From Clostridia bacterium (GTDB taxonomy: Bacteria > Bacillota > Clostridia > UMGS1883): a stretch of DNA of 10,985 nucleotides. The position numbers and the translations under genes are program-made. Shown here piece by piece: positions 7,834 through 10,985 of the stretch; the stretch's first letter is position 1; the number at the start of each line of letters is the position of its first letter. Location: contig JBJDXJ010000027.1 in NCBI GenBank assembly GCA_051866635.1, forward strand, positions 1 to 10,985, given 5' to 3'. The notes under the pieces were generated by a model. That model was not told the DNA's origin, did no database searches, and was given only the letters and a program-made list of their open reading frames with translations.

Positions 7834-7860
7834 AGAAGTTACCTCCTATCCTTACCTAAA

Positions 7861-7930
7861 AATATAGCTGATTTTTCTCTGCATTTTCTATTTTATGCCG
7901 AATTTGGTAGTATTTTTGTCGAATTTGGTA
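7861..7930 (-). promoter_or_regulatory. Putative AgrA (LytTR) binding direct repeats and activator-dependent promoter of agrBD
   Basis: Minus strand reads TACCAAATTCG (7930-7920) - acaaaaatac - TACCAAATTCG (7909-7899): a perfect 11-mer with 21-bp period. Downstream are a weak -35-like TAGAAA (7890-7885) and a -10-like TATATT (7866-7861). Confidence 0.75.
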
Positions 7931-7931
7931 A

Positions 7932-9224
7932 TTAATCCCTTTTTCTTATTAGAATGTCGCAACAAAACAGTCCTGATTCATTTTGGAAAAACTCAATCAT
8001 ACCATCATGGCTTTCAACAACTTTTTTTACGTTTTTTATTCCGATGCCATGAGTCGAAGAGTTTTGCTTTGTTGTTTTCAAATCCATACTGGAAAATTCA
8101 CTGTTAAAACTATTTTCCATGTATATAGACACATATTCACCTTGTAATCTTACATCTAAAATTATAATCTTATCAATTGCTTTTTCTACCGCTTCAATTG
8201 CATTGTCAAAGATATTTCCAAAAAGTGTAGCAATATCAGAAGATTCTATATGCATAACGGCTTCATCAGAAATATTAATACTTGGTACAATTCCTTTCTC
8301 ATAGCACAATGCTAATTTTGTGTTTATTATAGCGTTAAAAACATCGTTGCTTGTAAAAACAATTTTCTGCACATTATTTAATCCGGTGTCAATAATTTTT
8401 CCAACATATGAGCAAATCTCCATACAACTATCCTTTTCTGCCATTGCTTTTACCGCCAATAAATGCTTCTCTAAATCGTGCTTTACCGAATATGTACTTT
8501 CATATAATGCCTTCATATTTTCTTCCATATTTTTCATATTATCATGTTGCATTTTTAGCAGTTCATATTCAATTTTAGTTTGGGTGTCTTGTTTCATCTT
8601 AAACATGAATACATAAATTATAATGTTTATAATTAACATTACTACTGCAATATAAAACAGTTGCGGGATAACTGCTTCATTTTCGACTGCAACATTTGTC
8701 ATCATTGTAATGACGGACCATGTCAATACCGGCATGGCAATAAACAAAATCCATTCTTTTTTCGTTAATGCATATTTGTCATTTATTTTAATAACACATT
8801 TAAACACGATAAATTCCAACACTCTGCAAATACATATTATAAAAATCCTCAATGCAGTAAATTCACTAATTAAATTGCCGGTACTTCTTCCCGAATAATA
8901 GGAGCACATGAATAACACCAATGTTGAGATCGTAAATATGATAGCTGTTGAATACGCTACAACAAAAACCTTTTGAAGGATTTCCCCTTTTAAAAAGACA
9001 AGCGTGTACACAATGACTGTCAGCACAAAAATGATCGCTAAAAACCCATCATATACAACAATCCTGTTTATGTAGCTTAATTCAATCTGCAGTGTTAACA
9101 GCGTAAGAAAGAAGCCTATTTTGCCAACGGACATTTTTGTTTTATACCCTAAAAACTGTGTTACAAACCACAGCCATATAAACATTTGAACAATACTTGC
9201 CAAAAGTTCAAATACAATGCTCAT
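7932..9224 (-). CDS. agrC: AgrC-like membrane sensor histidine kinase (GHKL domain)
   Basis: 430 aa, with about six hydrophobic N-terminal segments, a coiled coil, H-box KHDLEKHL, N-box LFGNIFDNAIEA and G-box HGIGIKNV. Its ATG overlaps the agrA TAA by 1 nt (TAATG). Confidence 0.93.
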   Translation of the reverse strand: MSIVFELLASIVQMFIWLWFVTQFLGYKTKMSVGKIGFFLTLLTLQIELSYINRIVVYDGFLAIIFVLTVIVYTLVFLKGEILQKVFVVAYSTAIIFTISTLVLFMCSYYSGRSTGNLISEFTALRIFIICICRVLEFIVFKCVIKINDKYALTKKEWILFIAMPVLTWSVITMMTNVAVENEAVIPQLFYIAVVMLIINIIIYVFMFKMKQDTQTKIEYELLKMQHDNMKNMEENMKALYESTYSVKHDLEKHLLAVKAMAEKDSCMEICSYVGKIIDTGLNNVQKIVFTSNDVFNAIINTKLALCYEKGIVPSINISDEAVMHIESSDIATLFGNIFDNAIEAVEKAIDKIIILDVRLQGEYVSIYMENSFNSEFSSMDLKTTKQNSSTHGIGIKNVKKVVESHDGMIEFFQNESGLFCCDILIRKRD

Positions 9225-9958
9225 TACCTTCTACTCCTCAAATATTTTTGAAATATGGATTTTGCATGTGCCATATTAACTCTACTTATCGGTATATGCT
9301 CACCATTTGTAAGAACACAAGTATTCTTTTCAATTAGACTAATCATTCTACAATTTACTAAATATCTACTATGCACACGAACAAACCATTTGTCTTCTAA
9401 TTGTTTTTCTATAGCATCCAATTTGTATCGATAACTATCTGACTTTTTTCCACTCTTCATAACTAATCTAATATAATGGTCGTCTGTTTTAAAATAGGCT
9501 ATTTCTCTTATATCGATTTCTACTACTCTGTTATCTTCTACATTTATTGCTATAATAGGATCTTCTTTCGCTTCTGCTTCAATTTTTTTAATCAGTTTAT
9601 TAACAACTATTTCCATCATAGAAATTTGCGACTTTGGAACAAACCAAAAGGGTTTATATTCGTACGATGAAAATACCATTGTTTCTTTGCTTGAAACAAA
9701 AATTAAAATCAAATTACTCCTTATTTTCAGCAACTGCTCTGCGGTCTCAAACCCATTAATTCCCGGCATTGCAATATCTAAGAACACTGCATCAATGTTC
9801 TTTTCTTCACATAGTTTTATAAGTTCTGTTCCTATTTGGCAATTATGAATCCTACACTTTATTCCTTGATTCTTTGTTGCTGAAATAATATACTCAGAAA
9901 TTTTAGATATAAAAATCTGCTCGTCATCACATATTGCAATGTCTAACATACAGTTCAT
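9224..9958 (-). CDS. agrA: AgrA-like LytTR family response regulator
   Basis: 244 aa with GAGGAGG RBS (9972-9966). Receiver domain IAICDDE...FLD61IAMPGING...FVPK; LytTR motif FVRVHSRYLVN; C-terminal IPISR. Confidence 0.95.
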   Translation of the reverse strand: MNCMLDIAICDDEQIFISKISEYIISATKNQGIKCRIHNCQIGTELIKLCEEKNIDAVFLDIAMPGINGFETAEQLLKIRSNLILIFVSSKETMVFSSYEYKPFWFVPKSQISMMEIVVNKLIKKIEAEAKEDPIIAINVEDNRVVEIDIREIAYFKTDDHYIRLVMKSGKKSDSYRYKLDAIEKQLEDKWFVRVHSRYLVNCRMISLIEKNTCVLTNGEHIPISRVNMAHAKSIFQKYLRSRR

Positions 9959-10054
9959 AACCTATCCTCCTCGATAATCCTCTCCCAAAAGCATTCTTTG
10001 ACCAAATGTTTACTAACTTACAGCTATTAAACACCCATGCTAAGTCTTATATCC

Positions 10055-10082
10055 ATTATATTTAAAGTATCGTATGCTACAA
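10055..10082 (-). promoter_or_regulatory. Candidate sigmaA promoter for agrAC (proximal)
   Basis: Minus strand TTGTAG (10082-10077) - 16 nt - TATAAT (10060-10055), about 100 nt upstream of agrA. AT-rich context makes chance matches likely. Confidence 0.35.
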
Positions 10083-10464
10083 TACTTGTCCGCTTTCATA
10101 ATAATTTCTTTGCAAAACTCGTTAAATACAAGTTTTCCCATACAAATTATTTATCGAATGTACATTTGGATTGACATAAATTCATCTAGATTTCCACTTG
10201 TAAAACAACATCTTTCCTCGCATACTTCTAAATATATATAAGTAATCATATCACAGAAAATATAAATAGTAAAGCCGTTTATTACTCCTCATGAAATGAG
10301 CATCATATAATCAAACATCAAAGCTATATCAACACTCCCTCGTATTAGGAAACTTTCTCTTTCTTAAATAATATGATGATGCCAAACCGATGTTTTAACT
10401 ACAATAATCTTATAATACTCTGCCACAACACGATATTTAAAACCACAAAAAAAGACTAAACTGT

Positions 10465-10493
10465 ATTATACAAAAATCAACAGCAATTTTCAC
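10465..10493 (-). promoter_or_regulatory. Candidate sigmaA promoter (distal) pointing toward agrA
   Basis: Minus strand GTGAAA (10493-10488) - 17 nt - TATAAT (10470-10465). Confidence 0.3.
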
Positions 10494-10584
10494 AAAACCC
10501 ACAATTTAAGCCGTTTTCTGGAATTAATGAACAACATTAAACACCAACTTCAATCCTCAAAGAGATAACAAACCGCATATACAC

Positions 10585-10621
10585 AAACCCCGAAACTCAT
10601 TGTTTTCGGGGGTTTATTTTT
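10585..10621 (+). terminator. Intrinsic terminator-like hairpin, possibly bidirectional
   Basis: AAACCCCGAAA...TTTCGGGGGTTT stem followed by ATTTTT on +; the minus strand is followed by TTTGTGT. Confidence 0.65.
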
Positions 10622-10755
10622 GCCAATTATCATTTTACACTATGTTGCAGAGTAGTTCCACCTTGACAAAGTTGGTTTTCGTGAATCTTTTATTTTTTAA
10701 AGTGTCACCCATCATTGACAATTGTACACCTCTATGTTGGTATCGTAATTATATC

Positions 10756-10784
10756 TTGACACTGTTGACAAGTTTTGATACACT
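10756..10784 (+). promoter_or_regulatory. Near-consensus sigmaA promoter with extended -10
   Basis: TTGACA (10756-10761) - 17 nt - TACACT (10779-10784), with TG at 10776-10777 (TGn motif). Predicted start near 10791. Confidence 0.75.
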
Positions 10785-10790
10785 GATGCG

Positions 10791-10858
10791 TAAAGGTACA
10801 CTCAACCATTGGGAGCCAACAGCATTTTGCTGTGCTGCCGATAGAGTGTGCCTTTTTT
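10791..10858 (+). ncRNA. Candidate ~68-nt structured small RNA or terminating leader
   Basis: Begins just after the promoter. AAAGGTACACTC (10792-10803) pairs with GAGTGTGCCTTT (10844-10855, one G-U). Inner helices ATTGG/CCGAT, AGC/GCT and ACAGC-ATTTT-GCTGT. Ends in a T6 run. Confidence 0.55.
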
Positions 10859-10924
10859 CATTAAAACATATCAAATTTTAATACATAAAGTGTGATTATG
10901 GAAAATAGTGTTTAATCCTCCACC

Positions 10925-10951
10925 TCGCTCTTATATCGTGGAGCGATTTTT
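10925..10951 (+). terminator. Small terminator-like hairpin
   Basis: TCGCTC (10925-10930) / GAGCGA (10941-10946) followed by a T-run. Confidence 0.4.
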
Positions 10952-10985
10952 GGGGACATTTTTAAAAGCCTTGCTTCCAACAAAT

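Noticed and set aside
7163-9670. Plus-strand ORFs 7163-7615, 7895-8107, 8119-8304, 8320-8616, 8710-8898, 9476-9670
   Set aside because: Antisense to well-supported agrB, agrC and agrA genes; no independent coding signal.
10026-10545. Short duplicated words ATTAAACACC (10026, 10536) and AAGCCGTTT (10272, 10508)
   Set aside because: 9-10-bp matches in AT-rich DNA without regular spacing or element ends; compatible with chance.
10600-10881. 93-aa plus-strand ORF
   Set aside because: The TTG start sits inside a terminator-like hairpin, there is no RBS, and it runs through the promoter and structured RNA. No recognisable motif.
1-10985. CRISPR array, tRNA/rRNA, transposase or integrase
   Set aside because: No regularly spaced repeats, RNA-gene signatures or recombinase motifs were seen. 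The periodic tcata/tcgta words in 1-2500 are YD-repeat codons.

Overview
AT-rich, Clostridia-like (Firmicutes) window in which all seven credible genes lie on the minus strand. In transcription order (right to left): a complete agr-like peptide quorum-sensing cassette (LytTR response regulator agrA, GHKL sensor kinase agrC, agrB, and a 52-aa Cys-free agrD precursor at 7101-7259 that the ORF track misses), followed by three genes with Sec-type signal peptides. These are an F5/8-type-C (discoidin/CBM32-like) protein, a very acidic multi-beta-sandwich protein ending in a cohesin-like domain, and a large RHS/YD-repeat protein. The RHS gene starts at 4639, is open for at least 1546 codons, runs off the left edge, is missing from the ORF track, and carries an inserted ConA-like lectin-type domain. 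Non-coding signals include an 11-bp direct repeat with 21-bp period (likely AgrA site) upstream of agrB, a perfect 20-bp inverted repeat between agrD and the secreted-protein genes, and, at the right end, a near-consensus plus-strand promoter in front of a ~68-nt rod-shaped hairpin with a T-tail (candidate small RNA). The main hypothesis is a quorum-sensing-linked, Sec-exported RHS toxin/adhesin system with glycan-binding and scaffold accessories. The RHS C-terminal tip and any immunity gene lie outside the window, so toxin function is not shown here.
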